This document shows, piece by piece, positions 9,103 through 19,375 of a stretch of DNA of 64,000 nt. This DNA comes from a virus. Both the position numbers and the translations under genes were made by a program. Position 1 is the first letter of the stretch. The number at the start of each line of letters is the position of its first letter. The notes beneath the pieces are model-generated. The model saw only the letters and a program-made list of their open reading frames with translations. It was not told where the DNA came from and made no database searches. Where the stretch lies: the IMG/VR virus record IMGVR_UViG_3300033146_004128, positions 32,001 through 96,000 of that record; one strand, 5' to 3'.

Positions 9103-10809
9103 ATGACAGCGATTGAAATTACAGAGTCAAATATAAATGGGTACGGGTATGATATTGGTGGTCACACAGAAAAAGGAACAGAGATTCTGTCTAGGCCAAA
9201 GTATATATGGTCTTCTTGGTATAGCGATGATGAGGACAGGATAAAGAAAGCAGGGTTTATACAGGAGCTCATTGACAAGTACGGTGAAGACAGATTGTTT
9301 GTGAAAGAAATAAGAATGATGTACGAAGATGGTTCAAAATCATTCAACTTTGAAGGAATGCATGAAGCAGCTCAAGCAAAGTTCCCGGTAAGCAAGATAG
9401 TTGAGAGTAACCTAGATCTTATAGATTCTATAAGCATATATACAATACCTAGGGTTGTAACTCATATGGATATCGACAAATACTCTTCTTCAAAAGATGA
9501 TCAGTTGGAACTTATGACTGCACTACTGTGGGAAACAGAGCAGATAGATGTCGGTGAAGGATTTGTTGATAGCTATTATGATATCAGTGATGATATTATG
9601 AGCTTCAGTTCCCTGAGCAATAGGCATGATAATTGGGAGTACAATGGAGACTACACACTATTTCACGGTGGGTCATCATGCTACTCAGATTCAGTTGTGT
9701 CATCTATAGACGGAAGAATGTCTCCATACAATGATGCTGCAGTGAATGATTTTTGGGACTTCACAATGTCTGATGAGGATCCGTTTGAGCATATTGACCC
9801 AGAAGGAAAAGTTTCTGTGTATGCAAGAAAAGGAAAAGAGTGGTATGTATCCTCATCTGTAAGTGAGAGTCAGATATACCTAACCTACTATCATGACTAT
9901 GATGGACTGCAAGAAGAAGAAGAGTTTATATTTTATTACGATGAGGCAACAGAAGAACTTGTAAATAAGGTTGAATCATACGTGCATGCACTCGTTCTTG
10001 ACTGCCAAATAAAATGTATCATAAATGATGAGTTGCATATTGGTGGGTATGATAATGCATACGACTATACAAACAACATATTTAATCTGAAGATTTTGGA
10101 CAGAGAATATGATGATGACCTATGGTCTGCAGCATACTCGATAATGGACTTTGTGGACTGGGAAAACAAGACAAAAGAAGAGACTATGGTCATGGACGCA
10201 TACGAAGATTTTCTTATCCATAATACAGATGAAAACGGTAAGCTGTTCGGAAAGTATGATCACCTAAATATGTTCAGAGATATTGTATCCAAGGAAGGTA
10301 AAAAGCTTGTAAGAACAAAAGTGCCAAATGAAAACAGAGAGAGATGGGCAATAAAGTATAAGAACCATGAGTACCATTTTGAGCTTGCCGAATTATACGA
10401 GACAAGCCCTAAGGCATTCTATGAACAGTGCTCTCTAAACCTTACAAAGAGAACCCTTGAGAATATTGACAAGAATGCACTTATGGTAGAGGCAAAGAAT
10501 GTCTTTGTAGGCTTCGAGGATAGCCTTGAGGCAGGAAACTGCAAGACAGGTACTCAGAGCTTCTGTAATAGGTTCGGGATCGATACTAGTGTGATTGGTG
10601 GCGTTAGAGGCGATGCTCTACTCGCTATGGATTATAGTAACTTCACGAGAAGAGCAGTAGCTCAAGCAATAAGCAAAAGGGGGAAACCACATGAAGAAGT
10701 AAATAGAGACGATACAAAAAGTAGTCCAGGCATGATGAGTAGAGTGATTGAGTTTGTACAAAATTTAATCGATCTATTGTTTAACAATAATAAAGGAGTA
10801 ATAGCATGA
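9103..10809 (+). CDS. large acidic hypothetical protein
   Basis: 568-aa ORF; C-terminal DSLEAGNCKTGT motif. Confidence 0.85.
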   Translation: MTAIEITESNINGYGYDIGGHTEKGTEILSRPKYIWSSWYSDDEDRIKKAGFIQELIDKYGEDRLFVKEIRMMYEDGSKSFNFEGMHEAAQAKFPVSKIVESNLDLIDSISIYTIPRVVTHMDIDKYSSSKDDQLELMTALLWETEQIDVGEGFVDSYYDISDDIMSFSSLSNRHDNWEYNGDYTLFHGGSSCYSDSVVSSIDGRMSPYNDAAVNDFWDFTMSDEDPFEHIDPEGKVSVYARKGKEWYVSSSVSESQIYLTYYHDYDGLQEEEEFIFYYDEATEELVNKVESYVHALVLDCQIKCIINDELHIGGYDNAYDYTNNIFNLKILDREYDDDLWSAAYSIMDFVDWENKTKEETMVMDAYEDFLIHNTDENGKLFGKYDHLNMFRDIVSKEGKKLVRTKVPNENRERWAIKYKNHEYHFELAELYETSPKAFYEQCSLNLTKRTLENIDKNALMVEAKNVFVGFEDSLEAGNCKTGTQSFCNRFGIDTSVIGGVRGDALLAMDYSNFTRRAVAQAISKRGKPHEEVNRDDTKSSPGMMSRVIEFVQNLIDLLFNNNKGVIA

Positions 10810-11432
10810 GCAAGATAAGCATAAGAGGAATCGAACTTAAAGAGGGAGAGGAGTATGGAGCGAAGCTTAAGAATGGAAGAGCTAATTTAGTAACTGTAAA
10901 AGATGGAAATATAGTAACTGTTGCTGATGGAGAGGAAATAAAAGCAGATGAAATTCTTCGTGTTTCAGACAGAAGAAGAGGATTTTATCCGGATGGCATA
11001 GAGTACAGCGATGAGGTTGGAAAGTATGTAGCGGTAAGTATCTGTGAAGATGATCTAGATGAACTTATGATTCACAGAATGGAAGAAAATGCACATGTGT
11101 TTGGGCATATTGATGGGCTATCTGTAAATACAAGTTCCGGTGAAGATACTGTGGACAGAGAAGTATTTATTTACTCAAGCGATAATGTTCCTGAGCTCGT
11201 GTATGGTATGCAGGAATTGCTTTGGTCATGCAAGGACAACCCTGAGGAATGCAATTATGATGAGGATGCTATATACAAACTGGATGCAATAACTGAGATG
11301 CTTAAACACTTCATAGGGTACGAACTTGTACTGATCGTTGCTGTTCTCAAGTTCAACGAGATAGTGTTGGAAAATCAACCAGAAGAAGTATTGAAGCAGG
11401 CAGGAAAGCTAATGGATACGGATCCTGAATAG
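10806..11432 (+). CDS. hypothetical protein
   Basis: 208 aa, AAGGAG SD. Confidence 0.85.
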   Translation: MSKISIRGIELKEGEEYGAKLKNGRANLVTVKDGNIVTVADGEEIKADEILRVSDRRRGFYPDGIEYSDEVGKYVAVSICEDDLDELMIHRMEENAHVFGHIDGLSVNTSSGEDTVDREVFIYSSDNVPELVYGMQELLWSCKDNPEECNYDEDAIYKLDAITEMLKHFIGYELVLIVAVLKFNEIVLENQPEEVLKQAGKLMDTDPE

Positions 11433-11433
11433 T

Positions 11434-11613
11434 ATGGCAACATATGTATACCGGTGCACCAATAAGGAGTGCACCAATAATAATGTTGAGGTTGACGTAG
11501 TGAAACCCATGAGTGAGTCATCAAGCAAGGAAGTATGCAAAGAATGCAGTAAAGAGATGACGAAAGTATTTATACCGTTCAGTGCAAGAACACTGGACGG
11601 ATTCAAAAGATAA
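11434..11613 (+). CDS. FmdB-family zinc-ribbon protein (59 aa, absent from ORF track)
   Basis: My translation: MATYVYRCTNKEC...VVKPMSE....VCKECSKEMTKVF. Confidence 0.7.
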   Translation: MATYVYRCTNKECTNNNVEVDVVKPMSESSSKEVCKECSKEMTKVFIPFSARTLDGFKR

Positions 11614-11625
11614 AAGGATAATAAA

Positions 11626-11814
11626 GTGGACAATAAAGAATATGAAGTTACGGTACACGTAAGTTTTAACGGGCATAAAATAACAGGCACATACACAGTT
11701 ACCGCACCAAATGAAGAGATAGCTAAAGAAGATGCTGAAGCATTTGCAGATGTTGATATCATGATCAGTTCAGGAGCCGCAAGGGAAAAGAAAAATGAAG
11801 ATCTACAAAGTTAG
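11626..11814 (+). CDS. small protein, DpnD/PcfM-like fold possible
   Basis: KEYEVTV...TYTVTAPNEEIAKEDA. Confidence 0.6.
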   Translation: MDNKEYEVTVHVSFNGHKITGTYTVTAPNEEIAKEDAEAFADVDIMISSGAAREKKNEDLQS

Positions 11815-12037
11815 GTTTCTAGATGAGCTCGGCAAAGAAATTGCTGAGTTTGGATTTTATGAAGACCTAGGTGACGCAGAGAGGAGAAGAGCTGAAGTCG
11901 CTTCAAGAATTTCACAAAGAGGAAGTCTTGAGATAAGAACGATAGTGCCGACTCCACCATCCGAATTTGTGGATAGGAGAATTAGGCTCGACACAGAGAT
12001 AGTATATGAACTTAAAGAAGGTAGCAAGTATGATTGA
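11795..12037 (+). CDS. hypothetical protein
   Basis: 80-aa ORF in array orientation. Confidence 0.75.
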   Translation: MKIYKVRFLDELGKEIAEFGFYEDLGDAERRRAEVASRISQRGSLEIRTIVPTPPSEFVDRRIRLDTEIVYELKEGSKYD

Positions 12038-12269
12038 GATGGAATTGATGACGGCAGTGAGTAAGCCGTCTGACCTAAAAGTATGCCATAAGTGCGGATT
12101 GTTGAATTGGTATGAAAACGAAGTGTGTCGCAATACAGTTTGTACATGTACAGAGTTTCACGAAGATCAACAAAATGTAAACTTGGCAATACAAGAGGAG
12201 TACAATTTCTACATGGTAGAAGAAGGTATGAGTGAAGAAGAAGTAGATCACATCTACATAGAAGTATAA
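12030..12269 (+). CDS. small zinc-finger protein
   Basis: CHKC...CRNTVC; start moved to ATG 12030. Confidence 0.7.
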   Translation: MIEMELMTAVSKPSDLKVCHKCGLLNWYENEVCRNTVCTCTEFHEDQQNVNLAIQEEYNFYMVEEGMSEEEVDHIYIEV

Positions 12270-12280
12270 AAGGAAAAATA

Positions 12281-12841
12281 ATGCTAGGAACAATAAAGAG
12301 TGGTACAAGAGCACATGCAATGGAGATTATGGTAGCAGGATATGGACAGGCAGTCCATGAGAGTTTTGGCCCTGGAGGGTTCTTTGAGTTTGATGCACAT
12401 CAACAGATTTTTGTAGATGCAGACGGAATAGATGTCACAGATGAACTGTTTGGGCTTGAGAGCCTACTTGACGGGTGGCACACATGGAACGATGATGACG
12501 AGGCAAGAAAGAATGAATATATTGCCAAGATTGAAGCGGAGCGTGCCGAAGAAGAGGCGGAAGCGCAAAGAAGAGTTGATGCCAACATTGGAGGATATTC
12601 AATGAAGGATTTTGCGGCGTCAGTGTTTAGTGATGGGTCTCACATATACTACAGGAAGAACAAGACAGGCAGTGCCGGAAGAGCAAAAGTAAATGGGTTT
12701 AGACTCACAGTTTTGAACGGAGAACCATCTGTCGAGTATAACGTTAAGTACGACAGGACAGGGTGTGATGAGTGGCTATCTGGTGGAGAAGTGTTCGCTT
12801 CAAAACTTGACCTTGCTGCAAGTGTAATGGCGAGTGTCTAG
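12281..12841 (+). CDS. hypothetical protein
   Basis: 186 aa, AAGGA SD. Confidence 0.85.
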   Translation: MLGTIKSGTRAHAMEIMVAGYGQAVHESFGPGGFFEFDAHQQIFVDADGIDVTDELFGLESLLDGWHTWNDDDEARKNEYIAKIEAERAEEEAEAQRRVDANIGGYSMKDFAASVFSDGSHIYYRKNKTGSAGRAKVNGFRLTVLNGEPSVEYNVKYDRTGCDEWLSGGEVFASKLDLAASVMASV

Positions 12842-13051
12842 ATGGCAAGGTATAGAGTTATTTTTGATGGTCAATATTACATTGCGCAAAGATCAAAACT
12901 GATTTTCTTTTGGACAGAGTATTTCAAGTCAGATACTCCTGGTGTAAAGAGTGAGTCTTTCAAGAGTACTTCTTGTAGAGACACAGAGGCGTTTATTAGG
13001 AGAAAAAAGGAGTCCGCCAATGGACAAAAAGATGAAGAAGGCAATGGATAA
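12842..13051 (+). CDS. hypothetical protein
   Basis: 69 aa, abuts previous stop. Confidence 0.7.
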   Translation: MARYRVIFDGQYYIAQRSKLIFFWTEYFKSDTPGVKSESFKSTSCRDTEAFIRRKKESANGQKDEEGNG

Positions 13052-13691
13052 AGAGGATAAAAAATATGAAGTTTTAAGCGTTGACCCTGATGCTAGAGAG
13101 ATACTTGCACCGTATGCAGGTCATAAAGTAATAGTGGCAGGAAGGATAGAGAGGTTGTCTATCTCAAGGGGTGCAAATCCTGTACCTACTGCGCTACTTA
13201 AAGACATAACAGTATTCATTGATGATAAGGAGCTGTCTCTTTCATATGCTTGGCTGATCACAACAAAGTTTGATGCAGAAACAGACTATCTATTTTCTGC
13301 AACAATAAGCGAGTATCCAAAGTTTGATGATAATAAAAATGCCTTTACTAAGTATGGGTTTTTTAAGATAAAAAGGACAATAAAGCACAAGGGAGATGTG
13401 TCTGCGGCACTAAAAATGCTTAGGCTGGCAGAAGAGGGAGATAAGAAGGCACTTGAAGGCGGGAATCATTATAGCGTTGGCGTGATACAAGAGATGCTTG
13501 AAATGTATGGCTTCGCAATTACTCCAATGATAACCCCTGAAGGAAAATGGACATGCTCTATTGTTAAGCCTGAGTGTGGCGAATCAATAGAGATATCAAA
13601 AGAGAAAACATTTGCAAAGGCAGTGATGCATGCAAGAGATATAATTTCTTTTTTGTGTGATATAAAAATTAAAACAACAAAGGAAGAATAA
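13020..13691 (+). CDS. hypothetical protein
   Basis: AAGGAG SD before ATG 13020. Confidence 0.8.
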   Translation: MDKKMKKAMDKEDKKYEVLSVDPDAREILAPYAGHKVIVAGRIERLSISRGANPVPTALLKDITVFIDDKELSLSYAWLITTKFDAETDYLFSATISEYPKFDDNKNAFTKYGFFKIKRTIKHKGDVSAALKMLRLAEEGDKKALEGGNHYSVGVIQEMLEMYGFAITPMITPEGKWTCSIVKPECGESIEISKEKTFAKAVMHARDIISFLCDIKIKTTKEE

Positions 13692-14323
13692 TGGCTAACT
13701 ATAGTGATTTTGAATGTACTCTTCGTGGGACAGAGGAGAGTATAAAAGCAGTACATAAAAGACTGCTAGAGTCAACAAAAGATGACTGGTTCTATATGGA
13801 ACCTCCAGAAGGAGAAGTAAATAGCTGGGGGTACTCAGGTGTGGAGAGTCCATATTATAACGTTACGGAGAATGAGATATATTTTGCAGGATCCGGAAGA
13901 TGGCATGGTCCATATGGTGTCATAGAAGATCTAGCAGAAGAGTTCTCCCTGTCTGGTGACTATAATGACTTCGAGTCCGGATGTAACTTTTACCACAAGA
14001 TGATATTTGCAGACGGAATAAAAACTCTTGATAAGGAATACTCATATATGTCACCTGAGTCCGTAGCCCACAGAGGTATTGAATTTATGCTGGAAGAGTA
14101 CCAGTGGATAGCGGAAGAAGATGGATGGGAAGAAGAGTATAGCGAACTGATTGAATCCTTGGTGTCATCCGGAGTTCCAAGAGATGTACTCATGAAAGAA
14201 TACAGAGCTGTAAATTCACAATGTGAACCGAACGCTGACAAGCAATGGCTTCCAAAAGTATCTTCATCTAAAGAGATAGCAGATGCAATCGGAATACCTG
14301 AGGAGGAGAGCCAAAATGAGTAG
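13691..14323 (+). CDS. hypothetical protein (possibly YubB/DUF1281 ferredoxin-like fold)
   Basis: MANYSD..L.G...; F.G.GRW..P..VIEDLAEEF....YNDFESGCNF; weak resemblance only. Confidence 0.5.
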   Translation: MANYSDFECTLRGTEESIKAVHKRLLESTKDDWFYMEPPEGEVNSWGYSGVESPYYNVTENEIYFAGSGRWHGPYGVIEDLAEEFSLSGDYNDFESGCNFYHKMIFADGIKTLDKEYSYMSPESVAHRGIEFMLEEYQWIAEEDGWEEEYSELIESLVSSGVPRDVLMKEYRAVNSQCEPNADKQWLPKVSSSKEIADAIGIPEEESQNE

Positions 14324-14471
14324 AAGCATAGAAGACCTAAGGAAGGATTTGATACACTACACTGAAGTGTTTAAGCGTGCTAAAGATAGGGGGGGCAGAC
14401 GCATGATAGACGGTGCACAATGGAATATAGACAGGGTAAACGATAGGATCAGAGAGGAAGGTAAAAAATGA
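14316..14471 (+). CDS. hypothetical protein
   Basis: GGAG SD before ATG 14316. Confidence 0.65.
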   Translation: MSRSIEDLRKDLIHYTEVFKRAKDRGGRRMIDGAQWNIDRVNDRIREEGKK

Positions 14472-15379
14472 GTAAGATAATAGACGCCATAACAAGAAAA
14501 TGCTCTCCAGAAGGGAACCAAGAAGTATATAAAGAGTACGTTATAGAGTCACTAATAGGCGGGTGGCTTGTGATGCTGCCCCAAAACTATTATTCTGATG
14601 CTATAAAAATGGTTACTGATGAAGATGGGGACAGTTTTGTGTTCTATGCTACAGGAGAAAAGATAGATGATGAAACTATTGATATCTTAACATCAGAAGA
14701 TGGAGTAGCATGGTTTATTGTAGAGTCAGCGTTTAAGGAAAAGACGTTAGAAGCGTTCTTGATGTACTTTGACGATGATGAAGATGTTTATGCCGGTCCG
14801 TTAAAGACAGACTGTACCTGTAAGAGGTGTGGTAATAATACAGTTGTAGTAGAGGAGTCTCTCGACTATCCGTACTACTGCTACACTTGCGATGAGAATA
14901 TGTACTCATTTGAGGTTGAAGGCGGCGAGCCATCGAACAAGTGTGCTGAATATATAGAAGATGAATCTTCTGTAGACACACGATTCTATAATATATTGTG
15001 TCCAGATGGAAGTGGTGTCGTTATTGAGCTTGAGGTTGCGTTGTTGACAAACGAAACAAATCTGTGTTGGATGGATGTCGTTGCCACCATTGGAACCGAT
15101 AGAGTATTCAGCTCATCTCAATGCATTGGAGAGTGGGAGCCTGAGCTTGGGCTTAGCCACACCATAGATGAAGAGTACCTTACAATATCTGTAGACAACT
15201 CAGACAAGAGGGCTACACTTCAAATCAAGGTGCAGAAGGATGAGCCGGGAATCATATTTGACCTGTTCAAATACGAGAGGACTCCAACTACCGATACATA
15301 CACTGAAAGAGAGGAGGAAATAGTAGAAGCCCTTGGGTATCTGACAATGGAAGACTGCCATGGAGAAGACGAAGAATAG
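14468..15379 (+). CDS. hypothetical protein with central Zn finger
   Basis: CKRCG....YPYYCYTCDENMY. Confidence 0.8.
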   Translation: MSKIIDAITRKCSPEGNQEVYKEYVIESLIGGWLVMLPQNYYSDAIKMVTDEDGDSFVFYATGEKIDDETIDILTSEDGVAWFIVESAFKEKTLEAFLMYFDDDEDVYAGPLKTDCTCKRCGNNTVVVEESLDYPYYCYTCDENMYSFEVEGGEPSNKCAEYIEDESSVDTRFYNILCPDGSGVVIELEVALLTNETNLCWMDVVATIGTDRVFSSSQCIGEWEPELGLSHTIDEEYLTISVDNSDKRATLQIKVQKDEPGIIFDLFKYERTPTTDTYTEREEEIVEALGYLTMEDCHGEDEE

Positions 15380-15439
15380 GTTTGGCATACGCCAACAACA
15401 ACTGGGTAATATTCCCAACACAAATAACAGGAGATAAAA

Positions 15440-16048
15440 ATGTACAACAAAGTAGTATTGTTAGGAAACTTAACAAAAGATATTGAACTAAGATATACGC
15501 AGAGCGGATCGGCAATAGGAAACACGGGGATTGCGACAAATAGAAAATGGAAGTCACAAACAGGAGAGCAAAAGGAAGAGGTTATGTTCGTTGACATCAC
15601 ATTCTTTGGACGATCTGCAGAGATTGCGAACCAGTACCTTAGAAAAGGCAGCAAGATCCTTGTTGATGGTAGGCTGAAGCTTGACCAGTGGAAGGCACAA
15701 GACGGATCTAACCGGTCCAAGCACAGCATTGTTGTTGAGACCATGAAGATGCTGGATCCGAACCCAAACAACGGAGGAAATGGACAGGGAGGATACCACA
15801 ACAACCAGAATAACCAGAACCAAGGTAATGGTGGATACGGTAATGGAAACGGCAACGGTAATGGGTACGGAAACAATGGTCAGGGCAATGGTCAGGGCAA
15901 TGGTCAGGGTGGATATCAGAACAACGGCAATAATGGCCAAGGAGGATACCAGAATAATGGCAACAATGGGAATGGGAACAATGGTGGAGGAGCGCAACCT
16001 GATCAAATCCCGGAGATTGACATCAACGAAGACGAGATCCCGTTTTAG
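15440..16048 (+). CDS. ssb: single-stranded DNA-binding protein
   Basis: NKVVLLGNLTKDIELRY...FFGRSAEIANQYLRKGSKILVDGRL OB fold, G/N/Q linker, acidic DEIPF tail. Confidence 0.97.
   Translation: MYNKVVLLGNLTKDIELRYTQSGSAIGNTGIATNRKWKSQTGEQKEEVMFVDITFFGRSAEIANQYLRKGSKILVDGRLKLDQWKAQDGSNRSKHSIVVETMKMLDPNPNNGGNGQGGYHNNQNNQNQGNGGYGNGNGNGNGYGNNGQGNGQGNGQGGYQNNGNNGQGGYQNNGNNGNGNNGGGAQPDQIPEIDINEDEIPF
15770..15985 (+). repeat. G/N/Q low-complexity tandem repeats in the SSB linker (including GGTCAGGGCAAT x~3)
   Basis: Visible tandem units encoding GNGQGNGQ/GGYQNNG. Confidence 0.85.
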
Positions 16049-16059
16049 CAGGTGATATA

Positions 16060-16084
16060 TTCATGCAAGCATAGCTTGCGTGGA
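16060..16084 (+). terminator. stem-loop after ssb (terminator or processing site)
   Basis: TTCATGCAAGC-ATA-GCTTGCGTGGA, 11 bp with 2 G-U pairs; no U tract. Confidence 0.4.
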
Positions 16085-16132
16085 TCGCAAATATCCATGG
16101 CAAAATAAAGACAAACAAAAAGGACATTAGGT

Positions 16133-16681
16133 ATGAACTATGAAAGTAAAAGCAAGTATGTAGAATTTGTAATTGAAGACAGTGATTATATAAACGACAT
16201 AATGGAAGAGTGGGGGATTATTACAGGTAGAGGAACTGTGTCATATTATGATAATGACAACATGGCCGTGCCTGAGTATGATCACTCATTTGTTTTAGAA
16301 TGGGAAAATAGCGTTGGGGAAAAGAGAATCCTTGTTGGAGATGAGCATGATGCTATATTCGATGAGATATTTGACTGTGTAAATATATATGACTTCCTTC
16401 TTGCAGATGACGGTGAGCAGATAGACATTAGTGACTATGCTAGCCTGTCAATAGAGGAGATGCTAGGAGTAAGAGATAGAACTGAACCGGTTGGACTATC
16501 CTCGGAACAGTTCAATGAGCTTATGTCTAGGCTCATAGAACTGAAAGAGGACTCCTTGTACAGAAGGGAGATCAATGGAGACACTGAAGTGTATCCTAGG
16601 GTCAATGGAATGATACCTTATCTAGAGGCGAAAGAGATCATTCTCAAATATGTAATAGACAAAGGAAATGTAAAAAAATGA
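16133..16681 (+). CDS. hypothetical protein (acidic)
   Basis: 182 aa, AAGGA SD. Confidence 0.85.
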   Translation: MNYESKSKYVEFVIEDSDYINDIMEEWGIITGRGTVSYYDNDNMAVPEYDHSFVLEWENSVGEKRILVGDEHDAIFDEIFDCVNIYDFLLADDGEQIDISDYASLSIEEMLGVRDRTEPVGLSSEQFNELMSRLIELKEDSLYRREINGDTEVYPRVNGMIPYLEAKEIILKYVIDKGNVKK

Positions 16682-17511
16682 AGACAAGAAAAGGAAAAGG
16701 TTATAATACCTGGGGCTTGACAATGGCATCAAAGGGAGAGGACAACAATCCATACATTCTACTTTGGCTAGGTAAGACAGCATACGAGTATGGATTCAAT
16801 GATTTTTTCATGAAGCCGTATAGGTATGTTTGGCACTACGGAGATACATCACATCTCATGATAGCAAAGAAAGAGATAAGCTTTACAATACACACCGGGA
16901 AGGAAGACGGATTTGTTAGCTGTAGGTATGGTGCAGACAAAGATTTTCTTATGGGAAAAAATGCGAATCACCTGCCTGCATGGCACAAGATGTGCAGTCT
17001 TCCATGGATGCATAATGAGTTTGACGGGCAATGGCTTCTAAATATAGATGGTACAGAGTTCTTAAAGATAAAAGATGGGACTATAGATCTAGATGCTTCA
17101 CCATGGGACTATCCAGGGCACGAAAGGGTTGACTTTGAGTTTGTTGATTCTCATGATAGTGAGATAATCATAGGTACAGCAAGAATGGAAAGACGTGTAT
17201 GGACAAGAGGAACGAGTTGGTGTAGCTGGATGAAGTACTTTTTTGATCCTATAGTACACACAGATATGGCCATTGACTTCAATAAGGAGGTCGGTCCAGA
17301 AAAAGGATCATGGAAGGGAGGAATAGTTGGTATGAGCATCAACCTTAATGATGGTGAGAATGGGCTCGATGCGTGTAAAAGGTTCTGCTTTGAGAAAGGG
17401 TACACCTTCCATGGATTCCTACATCACGGAAAGAATAACGAAATTGTATACAAGAATAAGATAACAAAAGTAGATGACTTTGAAGCAGAAGGGCAGGGAG
17501 CAGTCATATGA
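16678..17511 (+). CDS. hypothetical protein
   Basis: 277 aa, aromatic-rich, GSWKGG motif. Confidence 0.85.
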   Translation: MKTRKGKGYNTWGLTMASKGEDNNPYILLWLGKTAYEYGFNDFFMKPYRYVWHYGDTSHLMIAKKEISFTIHTGKEDGFVSCRYGADKDFLMGKNANHLPAWHKMCSLPWMHNEFDGQWLLNIDGTEFLKIKDGTIDLDASPWDYPGHERVDFEFVDSHDSEIIIGTARMERRVWTRGTSWCSWMKYFFDPIVHTDMAIDFNKEVGPEKGSWKGGIVGMSINLNDGENGLDACKRFCFEKGYTFHGFLHHGKNNEIVYKNKITKVDDFEAEGQGAVI

Positions 17512-18425
17512 GGCACCCAATATATGACGAGGAACTTCCTGAGGTTATGAGAAAAGCAGCCGTGCTTACTTTTGAAGGAAAGCATGACCAGGCACAAAGA
17601 ATGTTGAAGCATGTGATTGACAAATTCGGAGAGGATAGGGGTGAAGAACATGAAATTATTAAACAAAATTCAGAATACTCTCTCACGATGATGATGATGC
17701 AGGCTAGGCTATCAGCTCTAGTTATGATCACAGGATTTGTGTGGATTGATGCTACACGTGATGAGTGGTTCTCACCATTATCTATGAAGGTTATAAGCTC
17801 AATAACACTTGACAATTTTAAGATGCCTTTCAATACAGGAGTAATATCTATTTCAAAGAGGGATTATCTATTTCATAAGGATGAAGAGGGTCTGCTGATA
17901 GTCCTGCTCCAAGACAAGTATCTATCCGGCCTAGCCAAAGAGAATGCACACTTCGATGAGATAATTGATCTTCTTGCAGAAGACCAGTCATTTCCACATG
18001 CTATCTTTAACGATGGAAGTAAAACCATAGGTGAGTTGGTAGACGATGGTGGGCTGTACACTAGCGAGAATTCAGAGGGGCAGAAGCAAGAGTTTTATGC
18101 TGTTATGTCTGCACTAATGTATGTAGCTATGTCAAACTCATCAGTAGAAGAGTTCAAGGATACCGTAAAAAGGAAGAAGGTTCTAGCCAAGAAGAGAAAG
18201 AGCTATCCTAGACACGTTACAAATGTAATAAATGTGAGACAGAGAGTTAGAGTTAGAGATGGTAAAAGCGTAAGCAATGGATCTAAGTCTGAAAAGATGT
18301 GGATAGTTCGTGGGCACTGGAGAAATCAGTATTACTCGAAGACTGACGAGCATAAGCATAAATGGATAGACCCATACTTTAAGGGAGAAGGCAAGGTTGC
18401 AGCAGAAAAAGTATATAGAATATAA
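17508..18425 (+). CDS. hypothetical phage protein
   Basis: 305 aa; C-terminal VRGHWRNQ...WIDPYFKG motif. Confidence 0.85.
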   Translation: MRHPIYDEELPEVMRKAAVLTFEGKHDQAQRMLKHVIDKFGEDRGEEHEIIKQNSEYSLTMMMMQARLSALVMITGFVWIDATRDEWFSPLSMKVISSITLDNFKMPFNTGVISISKRDYLFHKDEEGLLIVLLQDKYLSGLAKENAHFDEIIDLLAEDQSFPHAIFNDGSKTIGELVDDGGLYTSENSEGQKQEFYAVMSALMYVAMSNSSVEEFKDTVKRKKVLAKKRKSYPRHVTNVINVRQRVRVRDGKSVSNGSKSEKMWIVRGHWRNQYYSKTDEHKHKWIDPYFKGEGKVAAEKVYRI

Positions 18426-18436
18426 GGAGGAAACAT

Positions 18437-18988
18437 ATGGATCATAAATTAAAAATGCACAATTTGGAAAGGTTAAAAAGATCAAAGCTTGAGGAGATGA
18501 GGGTTATCCAGGCAGACATATCCAAGATAGAACAGAGTATAAGTTACCATAAAAGGCAATACAAACTTGAGTATGAAAATGCAGACAGGGCACGTGAGTT
18601 ACTCTCTGGGTATAGTAGGGATAATATAAGGGGCATAGTTAAGTTTCTGCTTATATCTTTCAAGGACTCTCCTATGTACTTCAACCTATATAAGGATATA
18701 GAAATTGATGACATGATGGATGACGATGACTTTTTTGATTTTGTAGTAATCAACCTAGGACCTGCTGTGCTTAAAGACCTAAAGAGGAGATTTGTTAAAG
18801 TGGTAATAAAGGATGGTGAGGAACAGATAGAGGCACGCACCGGTGCACCTATGAACGAAAATGGAAAAGTAAGATTGTGGAAAAAACTTACAAAGAAAAA
18901 TGTAGTGGCAGAAGCGAAGAGAAGATATGAAGAGGCTCGAAATGCAAAGAGTATGAGTGGACTAGACGATGAGAATAGATCTGTATGA
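18437..18988 (+). CDS. hypothetical protein
   Basis: 183 aa, GGAGG SD. Confidence 0.85.
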   Translation: MDHKLKMHNLERLKRSKLEEMRVIQADISKIEQSISYHKRQYKLEYENADRARELLSGYSRDNIRGIVKFLLISFKDSPMYFNLYKDIEIDDMMDDDDFFDFVVINLGPAVLKDLKRRFVKVVIKDGEEQIEARTGAPMNENGKVRLWKKLTKKNVVAEAKRRYEEARNAKSMSGLDDENRSV

Positions 18989-19196
18989 CACTTTTGGTAT
19001 GCACTTTGAGGAGTTTAAGATAAGACTGTTCTTTGTGAATGTAAATGCGTATGATGCAAGTGCCGTTCTTAAGGCTAGAAAGAAGTCTAAGGACGTGTCT
19101 CAACTGCATGTACTGGAAGAGAGAATGGGTGAACTTAGTCGGGAAGAAAGATTGATTGTAAGATCCGCAATAGATAGAACACCACTGAAGGGGTAG
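18969..19196 (+). CDS. hypothetical protein
   Basis: 75-aa ORF in array orientation. Confidence 0.65.
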   Translation: MRIDLYDTFGMHFEEFKIRLFFVNVNAYDASAVLKARKKSKDVSQLHVLEERMGELSREERLIVRSAIDRTPLKG

Positions 19197-19198
19197 TA

Positions 19199-19375
19199 AT
19201 GGCAACAGCAAAAGATATAGAAGAGGTGATTGGGGTTTCAAAAAGAACCATCGAGCTATGGGCAACTAAAGACAACGGTCAGCAAAACAAGGAGTCTAGG
19301 AAAAAGCTGGCACTATTTTTAAAAGGCTTTTCAAGAGAAGAACTGGAAAGGCATATGAAAAAATGTGGTGCATAG
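19199..19375 (+). CDS. small helix-turn-helix protein (58 aa, absent from ORF track)
   Basis: My translation: MATAKDIEEVIGVSKRTIELWA..., MerR/excisionase-like HTH pattern. Confidence 0.6.
   Translation: MATAKDIEEVIGVSKRTIELWATKDNGQQNKESRKKLALFLKGFSREELERHMKKCGA

Noticed and set aside
15220-16055. ORFs 15220..15876(-), 15554..16006(-) and 15780..16055(+)
   Set aside because: Shadow frames of the repetitive SSB linker; no SD, low-complexity products
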